The notes under the pieces were generated by a model. It did not search any database. It saw only the letters and a program-made list of their open reading frames with translations, and was not told the origin of the DNA. Positions 30,620-39,057 of a stretch of DNA of 60,534 nucleotides are shown here, one piece after another. The position numbers and the translations under genes are program-made. Positions within the stretch are counted from its first letter, which is position 1; each line of letters starts with the position of its first letter. Source of the DNA: a bacterium (GTDB lineage Bacteria > Bdellovibrionota_C > UBA2361 > CALJRW01); the NCBI GenBank assembly GCA_031385045.1, contig JANNBC010000046.1, forward strand, positions 1 through 60,534. The letters run 5' to 3'.

Positions 30620-30854
30620 TTATTTGAAATCACGATGATACTTATCTGTAATCACGATAAAGCTTACTTCCAGGTACTATGAAAATTATCTCAATCGCCC
30701 ATAGTAGTTATTACCAGTCCCGATAAAAATACTTCCAAAGCACAAGCATTCCTTATCTAAACTCACGATATCAATCAATAATTTATTTCTAAGCACTAGC
30801 AAATAGTATTTTACTTCAAATCACGATATGAGTATATTAACTAGAATCACAAAT
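30620..30854 (+). repeat. Iteron-like direct repeats
   Basis: 17-mers, consensus about TTAYYTNNAATCACGAT, at 30620, 30642, 30664, 30686, 30708 (22-bp period), then about 30729, 30753, 30783, 30811, 30838. Confidence 0.8.
30773..30785 (+). promoter_or_regulatory. IHF consensus site
   Basis: AATCAATAATTTA matches WATCAANNNNTTR. Confidence 0.45.
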
Positions 30855-30872
30855 AAAATAAAAACCTAGCAA

Positions 30873-30885
30873 TATCAATATCTTA
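30873..30885 (+). promoter_or_regulatory. IHF consensus site with upstream A-tract
   Basis: TATCAATATCTTA matches WATCAANNNNTTR and lies between the iterons and the GATC cluster. Confidence 0.6.
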
Positions 30886-30900
30886 TGCTTATGGGAAATT

Positions 30901-30966
30901 GATCGGTTTTGAACCAGATCTGTTTTGATCCAATTCTCGATCTAAAGTAGATCTTATATAGTGATC
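30901..30966. other. GATC cluster / candidate unwinding element
   Basis: GATC at 30901, 30917, 30927, 30939, 30950 and 30963. Confidence 0.7.
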
Positions 30967-30994
30967 TTAGATAAGTTTTTTTGAGGCAAACAAA

Positions 30995-31783
30995 GTGGCA
31001 GTCATCTTAGGAGTATTAAATCAAAAGGGTGGAGTAGGTAAAACTACAACTAGTGTTAATCTTGGAGCAGCAATTGCCAATTTAGGTAAGAAAACTTTGC
31101 TGATTGATATTGATGCCCAAAGTAATTTAACGACGCATTTAGGCTTAAGTAATACTGATGAAATTGCCAATAATCCGGAAGCGCCTTTCGTTCCTGAGTA
31201 TACAATCTATGATGTTTTAAAAGGAACGAAAGAGCTTAAAGATGTGATCATTAACCGCTCTGAAAATATCGACGTTGTCCCTTCTAGCTTGTTACTCAGT
31301 GCTGCTGACTTAGAATTAGGAGGCGTTGTTGGGCGAGAGCTTTTACTAAAACGTGCCTTAACTAAGATTAAAGATCAGTATGATTATATTGTGATTGATT
31401 GCCCCCCTGCCCTTGGCTTGCTTAGTTTAAACGCCTTGGCCGCTATTGATAAAGTAATTGTTCCTGTACAAAGTGAATACTTAGCTCTCCATGGAGTTCG
31501 TCAGTTATTAGATACAATCGATCAAGTTCGGAGTATCTACAATCCAAATTTAGAAGTTGGTGGTGTTTTAATCTGCTTACATGATAACCGAAAAAAGTTA
31601 GCTAGAGCCGTCGCCAAAACTATTCGTGACTATTTTGGACAATTGGTTTTTGATGCGGTAATAAGAACAAATGTCGCTCTAGCGGAGGCTCCAGCAAATG
31701 GCCAATCCATTTTTGAGCATGCTCCAAAGTCATCAGGTGCAGACGATTACGAAGCTTTAGCAAAGGAAGTTATTAATGGTTAA
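30995..31783 (+). CDS. parA: ParA/Soj partition ATPase
   Basis: NQKGGVGKTT, DIDAQSN, IDCPPALG, LAEAP. Confidence 0.95.
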   Translation: MAVILGVLNQKGGVGKTTTSVNLGAAIANLGKKTLLIDIDAQSNLTTHLGLSNTDEIANNPEAPFVPEYTIYDVLKGTKELKDVIINRSENIDVVPSSLLLSAADLELGGVVGRELLLKRALTKIKDQYDYIVIDCPPALGLLSLNALAAIDKVIVPVQSEYLALHGVRQLLDTIDQVRSIYNPNLEVGGVLICLHDNRKKLARAVAKTIRDYFGQLVFDAVIRTNVALAEAPANGQSIFEHAPKSSGADDYEALAKEVING

Positions 31784-32624
31784 GAATATTACGTTTTCTA
31801 ATAATCCCCTATTTTCTGGTCCAAGTTTAAAAGATCGGGAAATTGTAAATGTTCCTTATAAGTTGATACCTCTAGACCAAATTGAAAGAGACCCTAATCA
31901 GCCAAGGGTTAATTTTGATGAAGCGCAGTTAGCTGAGTTAACAACTTCGATTAAGACTTATGGAGTTATCTCTCCTATTCTAGTTAAGCCTAATAAGAAC
32001 TCTAAATATACTTTAATTGCTGGAGAAAGACGTTTAAGAGCAAGTACAAATGCAGGGCTAACATCAATTCCAGCAATTATTGATTCAACAGACGATCAGA
32101 CTGGTGAAAGAACATTAGCAATTCAATTAGTTGAAAATTTACAGCGTTCTGAGTTAACACCTCTGGAGAAAGCCTATGCAATTTCTACACTTAAGGAATC
32201 AAACAAGTTAAGTATTAGAGATATTGCTGATAAGTTAGGTATATCTAAAAGTTCTGTTCAAAGATCCCTTGATTTACTAGATTTACCAGATGACTTATTA
32301 AATGCTCTAAGACAAGGCGCGTCTGAATCAAAAATTATGTTATTAGCTAAGATTGAGGATCCTAAAGAGCGCGCACAATACTTACAGGAAGTTGATACAC
32401 TTACTAGAAGTGATTTATCCCAGAAGCTTAATAAGAAATCAGCAAAGCTTAATAAGACGACTTTATCTGCTGAGGATCAAAGGATTGCCGATGAGATTCG
32501 AAGAGCTATTGGATTGAAAATTATTTTGTCTCGAAAGTCACCAAAATCGCCATCTGGCTCTGTTAAAATTAGTTTTCATAACGATTCCGATCTTCAGCAT
32601 GTTTTTAGAAAGTTAATTTCCTAA
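31776..32624 (+). CDS. parB: ParB/Spo0J partition protein
   Basis: QPRVNF, IAGERRLRA (CTP motif), ENLQR, HTH. Confidence 0.95.
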   Translation: MVKNITFSNNPLFSGPSLKDREIVNVPYKLIPLDQIERDPNQPRVNFDEAQLAELTTSIKTYGVISPILVKPNKNSKYTLIAGERRLRASTNAGLTSIPAIIDSTDDQTGERTLAIQLVENLQRSELTPLEKAYAISTLKESNKLSIRDIADKLGISKSSVQRSLDLLDLPDDLLNALRQGASESKIMLLAKIEDPKERAQYLQEVDTLTRSDLSQKLNKKSAKLNKTTLSAEDQRIADEIRRAIGLKIILSRKSPKSPSGSVKISFHNDSDLQHVFRKLIS

Positions 32625-32630
32625 GGACTT

Positions 32631-32647
32631 TGTCCCACGGTGGGACA
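32631..32647. promoter_or_regulatory. parS-like palindrome 1
   Basis: TGTCCCAC-G-GTGGGACA, perfect arms, 6 bp after the parB stop. Confidence 0.75.
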
Positions 32648-32666
32648 GTTTTAGCTTAGTCATTTT

Positions 32667-32683
32667 TGTCCCACGGCGGGACA
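32667..32683. promoter_or_regulatory. parS-like palindrome 2
   Basis: TGTCCCAC-G-GCGGGACA, one mismatch, starting 36 bp after site 1. Confidence 0.72.
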
Positions 32684-32689
32684 CTCTTT

Positions 32690-33970
32690 ATGAAAGGTAT
32701 AGATTTCTTAAATTCTCTTGCTAAGTGGGACAATAAATCCAAATTTGGCCTAGATAATATTAAAAAGGTGCTTTTTTATCTTAATAACCCTCAAGATCGT
32801 CCAAAATCTATTCATATAGGTGGTACAAACGGAAAAGGAACTACTTCAGTAGCAATTGCTTCAATTTTAGGAGCCGCAGGATATAATGTTGGACTAAATA
32901 CTTCTCCTCACTTAGTTAGACTTAATGAAAGGTTTATTATTAATGGAGTTGAAGCTAGTGATCAGCAAATTTCAGATTCTGCTTTGAAAGTTCAAGGTGC
33001 AATTAATTATACAAACACCAGCCTAAGTTATCATGAAGCAATTACTGCGACTGCCTTTGTTTTATTCCAAGACCTAGATTGGATAGTAATTGAAGTTGGG
33101 CTTGGAGGAAGATTGGACGCTAGTAATGTCTTAGAGAAGCCTAATGCTGTTATTATCACATCAATTAGCCTAGATCATGAATTGATTCTTGGAGATACTA
33201 TTGGCAAGATTTCTAAGGAGAAGGCTGGGATAATCAAAGATAGTACTATACTTGTTCTTGGAGAACTTCCTGATGATGCAAATAATGTAATTAAGGATGT
33301 TGTGGCAGATAAGTCTCAGACGAATGTCTTCCAATTTACCAAGAACTTTAGTTATAAGAAATTAGAGCAAGGGATTGAATTCCAGTCCCCAATGATGACA
33401 TTTCCACTCAGTACTTATCAGTATAAAAATCATACTAAAGCAATTAATGACTGCTTAGCAATTGAGACATGTTTATTACTAGGACTTAATAGATATATCG
33501 AGCAGGGTATTAACAATTATTACTGGCCAGGAAGGTATGAAACTATAGTGTATCAAGATAATAAGTTTATTGTTGATGCGGCTCATAATCCAGCTTCAAT
33601 TGATGCCTTGGTAGAGTATTTGCAAATTAACTATCCAGATAAGACAGATTTTCAAATTATTTTTGCTGCCTTAGACAGTAAGAATTGGAAATATTTTATT
33701 GATCAATTAAAAACTTATATAGTGCATTGGCATATAGTTTTAGCAGATAGTGACGTGGCAGTTAAGACTAATCAGATAGGGGACTATTTATCGGGTTTGG
33801 GAATAAATAATTATCAAGAGTACGGGCTAGACTATTCCACAGCGATCCTTAATGCTTGTCAGAGCCCATTAAATGAAACGATTGTAGCTGGGTCAATGTA
33901 TATGATTGGAGGAGTCAAACAGCTTCTGCATGATTTACCTAAGGATTATTGGAAAAAGATAACTCATTAA
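32690..33970 (+). CDS. folC: Folylpolyglutamate/dihydrofolate synthase
   Basis: HIGGTNGKGT, TSPHL, EVGLGGRLDASN, WPGR, DAAHNP. Start ATG 32690. Confidence 0.95.
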   Translation: MKGIDFLNSLAKWDNKSKFGLDNIKKVLFYLNNPQDRPKSIHIGGTNGKGTTSVAIASILGAAGYNVGLNTSPHLVRLNERFIINGVEASDQQISDSALKVQGAINYTNTSLSYHEAITATAFVLFQDLDWIVIEVGLGGRLDASNVLEKPNAVIITSISLDHELILGDTIGKISKEKAGIIKDSTILVLGELPDDANNVIKDVVADKSQTNVFQFTKNFSYKKLEQGIEFQSPMMTFPLSTYQYKNHTKAINDCLAIETCLLLGLNRYIEQGINNYYWPGRYETIVYQDNKFIVDAAHNPASIDALVEYLQINYPDKTDFQIIFAALDSKNWKYFIDQLKTYIVHWHIVLADSDVAVKTNQIGDYLSGLGINNYQEYGLDYSTAILNACQSPLNETIVAGSMYMIGGVKQLLHDLPKDYWKKITH

Positions 33971-33977
33971 TATTATT

Positions 33978-34832
33978 ATGAAAAATCCTTATTTTAAACG
34001 ATTAGAGCAAGCCCTAGAAGGTCTTGTTAATCAACTTCCAGAGCAGGCCAATTTACAGGAGTCAGCTAGATATATGCTCTTAGGGCAAGGGAAACGACTT
34101 CGTCCAAGTATTACAATTGCAATCCTTGATGATTTAAAATTATTGAACGAAGCACATTTTCACAGTGCGCTCAGTGTGGAGATTTTACACACTGCCAGTT
34201 TAATTCATGATGATCTTCCAGCTCTTGATAATGATGATTACCGCAGAGGAAAGCTTAGTTGTCATAAAAAATACTCAGAGTCAGTAGCAATTCTACTCGG
34301 TGATTATTTACAAACGTGGGCACTCGCGATTCTTAGCGAATACACACTGCCAGAACACTTAAAGGAGTTAAATAGAATAGTGACTTCTGCCTATCAAAGT
34401 GTTTGTTTAGGACAAATGCTAGACATGGGGAGCTCTATTACTCCTGATTTTACTTTAATTAATCAACTTAAAACATCAGCACTATTTGCTTGTAGTTTTC
34501 AGATTGCCGGAATTCAGGCCAATTGGAACTCGGAGCACATTGAAAAATTAAGGCAAGTTGGTGAAGATTTTGGCATAATTTTTCAACTAATAAATGATTT
34601 TAAAGATTGCTTTATGTCTCCAGAAGCAACGGGGAGAAGGGATTCTAGCGATTATAAAAATATGAAGATTACTTCAGTTACAGAGTTTCGTTCTGCTTCT
34701 GAAGCCAAAAGTTTTCTAGATCATCAGATCGTAATTTGGAATAAGAAATTTGAATTATTAAAGTTGGAACTCAATCAGCCATTTTTAAATTTATCACAAT
34801 TGATTGATTCAGTTCTACAAGCAGAGTCCTAG
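33978..34832 (+). CDS. ispA: Polyprenyl (farnesyl) diphosphate synthase
   Basis: GKRLRP, SLIHDDLPALDNDDYRRG, GQMLD, KTSALF. Confidence 0.85.
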   Translation: MKNPYFKRLEQALEGLVNQLPEQANLQESARYMLLGQGKRLRPSITIAILDDLKLLNEAHFHSALSVEILHTASLIHDDLPALDNDDYRRGKLSCHKKYSESVAILLGDYLQTWALAILSEYTLPEHLKELNRIVTSAYQSVCLGQMLDMGSSITPDFTLINQLKTSALFACSFQIAGIQANWNSEHIEKLRQVGEDFGIIFQLINDFKDCFMSPEATGRRDSSDYKNMKITSVTEFRSASEAKSFLDHQIVIWNKKFELLKLELNQPFLNLSQLIDSVLQAES

Positions 34833-36787
34833 ATATGTTGATACCCATAAGTTTCTAGGGTGCCGTCTCTTGTAAAACTGACTTGCATCCTTCCTGGAGA
34901 TTCAACAGTTAATTCAAAATCTTTCATGGATTCATTCTGCTGCAGTAAAAAATGGCCTAAGAGTAAGTAGGGAATACCGTTAATTTTTAAGGAACAAAAG
35001 TATTCTCCATTATAACCGATTCTTAAATTATCGAGATCGGAAATCTGGGGTAGTTCCTTTGGATCAAAATAATCAAACCGACAAAGGTACTCTAAAAAGT
35101 GTTCTTTTGGTAAGCATAAATCTCCAACTAAAAAACAATCACTAGGCAAATAAAAGCTACCTTGTTCATAGAGTATATGGGTTCCATCTTCTACCATCAC
35201 TTGGCAAACTGCCTCACCTGAGCCTGCATAGCGTAATTTTGAATAGCTTAAAAGTCTTCGTGGGACAGTAGGATTTTCAACAAATGTGCAGTAGTCCTGG
35301 CCATCAATAATCAGGTAATCTTCGAACTCTGGAGCGGTCTCTGAGTTAACCTGAGTAATCACAACTCCTGAAAAACTTAATTTAAAATTAGGACTGAGAT
35401 CTGCCTGATACTCCCAAGTCTCCAGCTGCAGGCTTCCAATTTCAGCAAGACTGCGGTCAATTATTCCATTTACAACTAACATCCAACCAAGTTTAAATTT
35501 AAAAAATCCAGTTGGCCCACTAATTTGTTCTGAATCATAGATATTGATTGGACGAAAATCGGTAACTATTTGTTCCTCTACTGATCTGATAATTTTCCCC
35601 TGCGCAACTTGAAAACATCGCCCATCCTCTAGTGTGATAGTGGCATTACCAGAGCGAAGAAAGTTATGACATAAATTTAATTCAGTAATTAAACTATGAT
35701 CAATTTTTTGGCAGATCTTTTCTCCAAAGACAAAACATTCCTCTCCTGCTGAGAACACCTTGCCGTATATTTTACCATCATAAAAACCAACAGATAGGAT
35801 ATAATCGATCGGCTGATAGCCAATATTATCAATAACTTGTCCATTAATCATTGGTAATAGATAGTCAAGCTCTAGTAGCTCGGAGAGTCCATTTTCATCA
35901 ATAATAGTTCCAGTTCTTTTACCAGGAATCTCAGGGTTAATAACCATTGCATAAAGATCACTATTTTCATCTACCCAAAGGCTACGAACTTGTTCTGGCG
36001 GGATACCAGCAAATCCTTCTTGTAATTTTCCATTGATAACTGCAAAGTGAATTGGTTCCTGATCTATAGGATTGACTCCATAAATTATTGCTTCCATTAA
36101 GCCTTCGGGATCGAGGCAAACATCGCATTTTTCCACGTAGCAGTTCAATTCTTGAACAATTTGGCCACGATCAATTAAGTAAAATTTTGAGCCTGAACGG
36201 ATACAGCCAAAACATTGGTCTTCTAAAACTTTTCCATAAAATTCATCAATCTTAATCGATCCAATTTCAGTTATAATTTTAGAAGCAATAACAGGAAGGA
36301 AAGATTCCTCAAATTTAAAAACACCAGTGCAAGCAAAGTCAGGAGCAATCATTACAGAATTACATTGAGAGAAACGTCTTCCTTCAAATTCAGTAAAAAT
36401 ATGGCCAGCATAAAGCAGGAAAGTGGAGTTCCCAAATTGTAGTAGAGCCTTGGGACTACCTTCTGCTGTTAATAATTCTTTATTGTCCCCAGATCGTAGA
36501 ATTCCAAATTGAAGAAAAATTGTTTCGATCTCATTAACTGGAAGGTATTGTCCAGAATGGAGGGAGAGTTGATTATTTAGTTGATTTAGAGCGACTGCTA
36601 ATCCAACAATTGGGCGTTTATCCGCAAGATTATCTAATAAAAAACTACAAAAATCTGGAAGTGGAGTCTCTCTAAAGATGCGACTATATTCATTACTAAG
36701 ATGCTCCGACATCAAGGCGCAAACTGCTTGTTGAGGAATTTCCTCAGCCAATTCTTGGAATGAGCTAACTAACTGCTGGAATGACAT
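34829..36787 (-). CDS. Hypothetical acidic, beta-rich protein
   Basis: 652-aa ORF with no recognised motif. Confidence 0.6.
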   Translation of the reverse strand: MSFQQLVSSFQELAEEIPQQAVCALMSEHLSNEYSRIFRETPLPDFCSFLLDNLADKRPIVGLAVALNQLNNQLSLHSGQYLPVNEIETIFLQFGILRSGDNKELLTAEGSPKALLQFGNSTFLLYAGHIFTEFEGRRFSQCNSVMIAPDFACTGVFKFEESFLPVIASKIITEIGSIKIDEFYGKVLEDQCFGCIRSGSKFYLIDRGQIVQELNCYVEKCDVCLDPEGLMEAIIYGVNPIDQEPIHFAVINGKLQEGFAGIPPEQVRSLWVDENSDLYAMVINPEIPGKRTGTIIDENGLSELLELDYLLPMINGQVIDNIGYQPIDYILSVGFYDGKIYGKVFSAGEECFVFGEKICQKIDHSLITELNLCHNFLRSGNATITLEDGRCFQVAQGKIIRSVEEQIVTDFRPINIYDSEQISGPTGFFKFKLGWMLVVNGIIDRSLAEIGSLQLETWEYQADLSPNFKLSFSGVVITQVNSETAPEFEDYLIIDGQDYCTFVENPTVPRRLLSYSKLRYAGSGEAVCQVMVEDGTHILYEQGSFYLPSDCFLVGDLCLPKEHFLEYLCRFDYFDPKELPQISDLDNLRIGYNGEYFCSLKINGIPYLLLGHFLLQQNESMKDFELTVESPGRMQVSFTRDGTLETYGYQHI

Positions 36788-36975
36788 TTAATAACTTTAC
36801 AACATGAAATCGTTCGCGTGTTCTTGGAAAAACAAGTAACAAGTACCAGTATACGAGATAAAATTTACTAGGCAAGGAATTTTAAGGACATGAGATTAAT
36901 TCTTATTATAACTAATTATAGATTAAAACATATTATTTATAGTCATGATTTGATCAATATAGTAGAATAAAGCTC

Positions 36976-37521
36976 ATGCAGATACAGGGCGGTAAGGCAT
37001 TTTCTTTAATTGAGCTTTTAGTTACCACTGCAATAATAGGGATACTTTTTAGTACTTCTGTTGCGGGCTATAAAAGATATAAGGCAGCCGCTGTCCAGGC
37101 CGGACTAATCAGTATGACTGATAATTTTTTAAAAAATGCCTTACTTTTACAGGTTGCATTTCCTTCGGAAGAGGTGGACTTTCAATATCAATTTACCACT
37201 GGTCAAAATACTCCAACGATTCTATTTCAGACTTATAATCATGGAGTAGCTATAATGATTAGCACTGCTGAATTATAAAAAATATTTTCTCCTAGTTTTT
37301 TTACCCCAGCAAATGATATTAGATTTTATATAGGTTATTCATATAGGTTACCCGTCAGCTATAATAATACTAGAGAATCTTTCTCTGCCAAAGTCTGTTC
37401 TTGTCAACTATCCCCTCCAAAGAATTGCTATTATAGGACTCAATATTTGTTAAAAAATGGCCTTTCAGATCAACAAGATAGGTGGATCAGTGATACTCAA
37501 TCTCAGTTCTTGTGTCCTTAA
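36976..37521 (+). pseudogene. Type IV pilin interrupted by one in-frame TAA
   Basis: AFSLIELLVT motif. After TAA 37276-37278 the frame stays open for 80 codons (KIFSPSFF...KVCSCQ...NCYYR...FLCP*). Confidence 0.75.
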
Positions 37522-37553
37522 AATAGTTTTTAGAAAAATTTTAAGTATACAGA

Positions 37554-37916
37554 TCAAAATTTATAAATATATTTCTCTAGATCGATCACTTTCCCCGCTT
37601 TTATCTCGATCCCTTCGCTCTCTAAGAGGCGAATTTTTTCAATTTGGCCAAAGGCATACTGGCCAATTCGTCCAGTAGAATTAACTACGCGGTGGCAGGG
37701 AACAGTGGGGGCCAAGGGATTTTTAGCCATGGCTGTACCAACTGCACGGTAAGCTTTGGAGCCTAAGTGTTCGGCAATTGACTGATAAGTGACTACCTTT
37801 CCACGGGGAATACGTGCAATTATGTGATAACAAGCTTTTGTAAAGTCCGAGCTTGGTAGTTCTTCAATTTGATTTAACAGTTGTTTGTTAGAAGTTTTCT
37901 TTAATTTACTATACAT
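37554..37916 (-). CDS. O6-alkylguanine DNA alkyltransferase family (C-terminal domain only)
   Basis: IPRGKVVTY, RAVGTAM, PCHRVV. Likely start 37916. Confidence 0.9.
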   Translation of the reverse strand: MYSKLKKTSNKQLLNQIEELPSSDFTKACYHIIARIPRGKVVTYQSIAEHLGSKAYRAVGTAMAKNPLAPTVPCHRVVNSTGRIGQYAFGQIEKIRLLESEGIEIKAGKVIDLEKYIYKF

Positions 37917-38049
37917 ATCAGACCCTTTAACAAAATTACCAAAACAATCTTTTTTGTAATTATAGCTAATAATAGTTTGGAGTACCAATTGTTTTTATAA
38001 TGCAGTTTAGCTAAGCATAAAGCCATTTTTGCTGAAGAATTACTCAGTT

Positions 38050-38373
38050 CTAACTTTCCAGTCTGTTTTTTAGACTAATCAATTCCTCGATTGGAGCTTC
38101 CAGATATTGGTGCATCCATCCGTTAAGCAGTAGTTTTATTGGTAGGGCATTTAAGTAGTTCCAACGTTCTCGCCCATGCTTTTTAACAATAATCAAATCA
38201 GCACGTTCCAGTGCCCGTAGGTGTTGCATCACGGTGCAACGGTCTAAGTTTTTAAGCACCAGGCAAATTTGTCCTGTTGTTTTCCCTTTCTCTTTTAGAA
38301 GATCTAAAATTTCACGACGTTTCTCATGTGACAAAGCTTTGAAAACTAAATTTTCATTTATGATATTTTTCAT
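38050..38373 (-). CDS. ArsR-family regulator
   Basis: VFKALSHEKRREILDLL, DRCTVMQHL, GRERWNYLN. Confidence 0.9.
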   Translation of the reverse strand: MKNIINENLVFKALSHEKRREILDLLKEKGKTTGQICLVLKNLDRCTVMQHLRALERADLIIVKKHGRERWNYLNALPIKLLLNGWMHQYLEAPIEELISLKNRLES

Positions 38374-38391
38374 GTTATATAATTATAACAT
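38372..38391. promoter_or_regulatory. Candidate ArsR autoregulatory operator
   Basis: ATGTTATA-TAAT-TATAACAT palindrome overlapping the start codon. Confidence 0.65.
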
Positions 38392-38437
38392 ATATTTTGT
38401 CTCGCAGAAAGATATTCACTGTATTAGCAGAGAGCTC

Positions 38438-38586
38438 AATATAGAAAGTCCAAAAAGTAATTTAGATAAGGAAATTACTTTTTGGTGCTTTCTATCCCCC
38501 GGAGGGATAATAAAATCATATAGTTATGACAAAAAACAAATTGATCTATTTAACTTTTACGTAATTTATTTTTTGTCATCACTATA
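38438..38586 (+). repeat. Three-hairpin dispersed element, copy 2
   Basis: Inverted homolog of 19955-20103; stems conserved, loops diverged. Confidence 0.9.
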
Positions 38587-38609
38587 ATATCTATGGGAGA
38601 GAAGGGGGT

Positions 38610-38822
38610 TTACTTACTAAGACTCATCCAAAAATTATCTTTTTTAAATCCAGCAATTAAACCATAGAAAACTGCGCAGACTCCAACAACAAGTCCATCA
38701 TTTAAATTGATAAAAAATTCTAGAAAAAAAAGTAGACTATAACCAGCAATTGCTCCTAGCATCGCTCCAAAAAAACTATGAATAATAAATGCTATCCAAT
38801 CAAATTTCTTTTTATTAGTCAT
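38610..38822 (-). CDS. Small 2-TM membrane protein
   Basis: 70 aa, two Gly-rich hydrophobic helices. Confidence 0.6.
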   Translation of the reverse strand: MTNKKKFDWIAFIIHSFFGAMLGAIAGYSLLFFLEFFINLNDGLVVGVCAVFYGLIAGFKKDNFWMSLSK

Positions 38823-39057
38823 GTTCTAAGGAGCCTAAAATTGTTTCGATTAACTATCCTTATTAAAGTTGCAGTACTAAAGGTAGAATTATTGATCGAT
38901 CCTGTGCCAGCTAATCATACTTATTAGACTTTGATTTATTAGATAAACTTTCTTTAATCTCAAAGTATGCAAATATCAGAAATTACAAGGCTTTTTGATT
39001 TTTTTAAGGATCATGTTAGCCTGTTAACTCTCTCCACTTTAAGTTTAAAACTAAAAC

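Noticed and set aside
30620..30770. TTATC-starting motifs as DnaA boxes
   Set aside because: None matches TTATNCACA; they are the 5' part of the longer 17-bp repeats.
30620..30854. CRISPR array
   Set aside because: The 22-bp period leaves no spacers, the repeats are degenerate, and there are no cas genes.
32666..32689. TTG start of folC at 32666
   Set aside because: It merely translates parS-like site 2; ATG 32690 fits better.
32725..35267. Extra GTGGGACA half-sites (32725, 35260)
   Set aside because: They lack the complementary arm and lie within coding sequence.
20548..37278. Reassigned TAA (alternative genetic code)
   Set aside because: Conserved genes such as trpS, parB, folC and ilvA end at TAA at their expected lengths.
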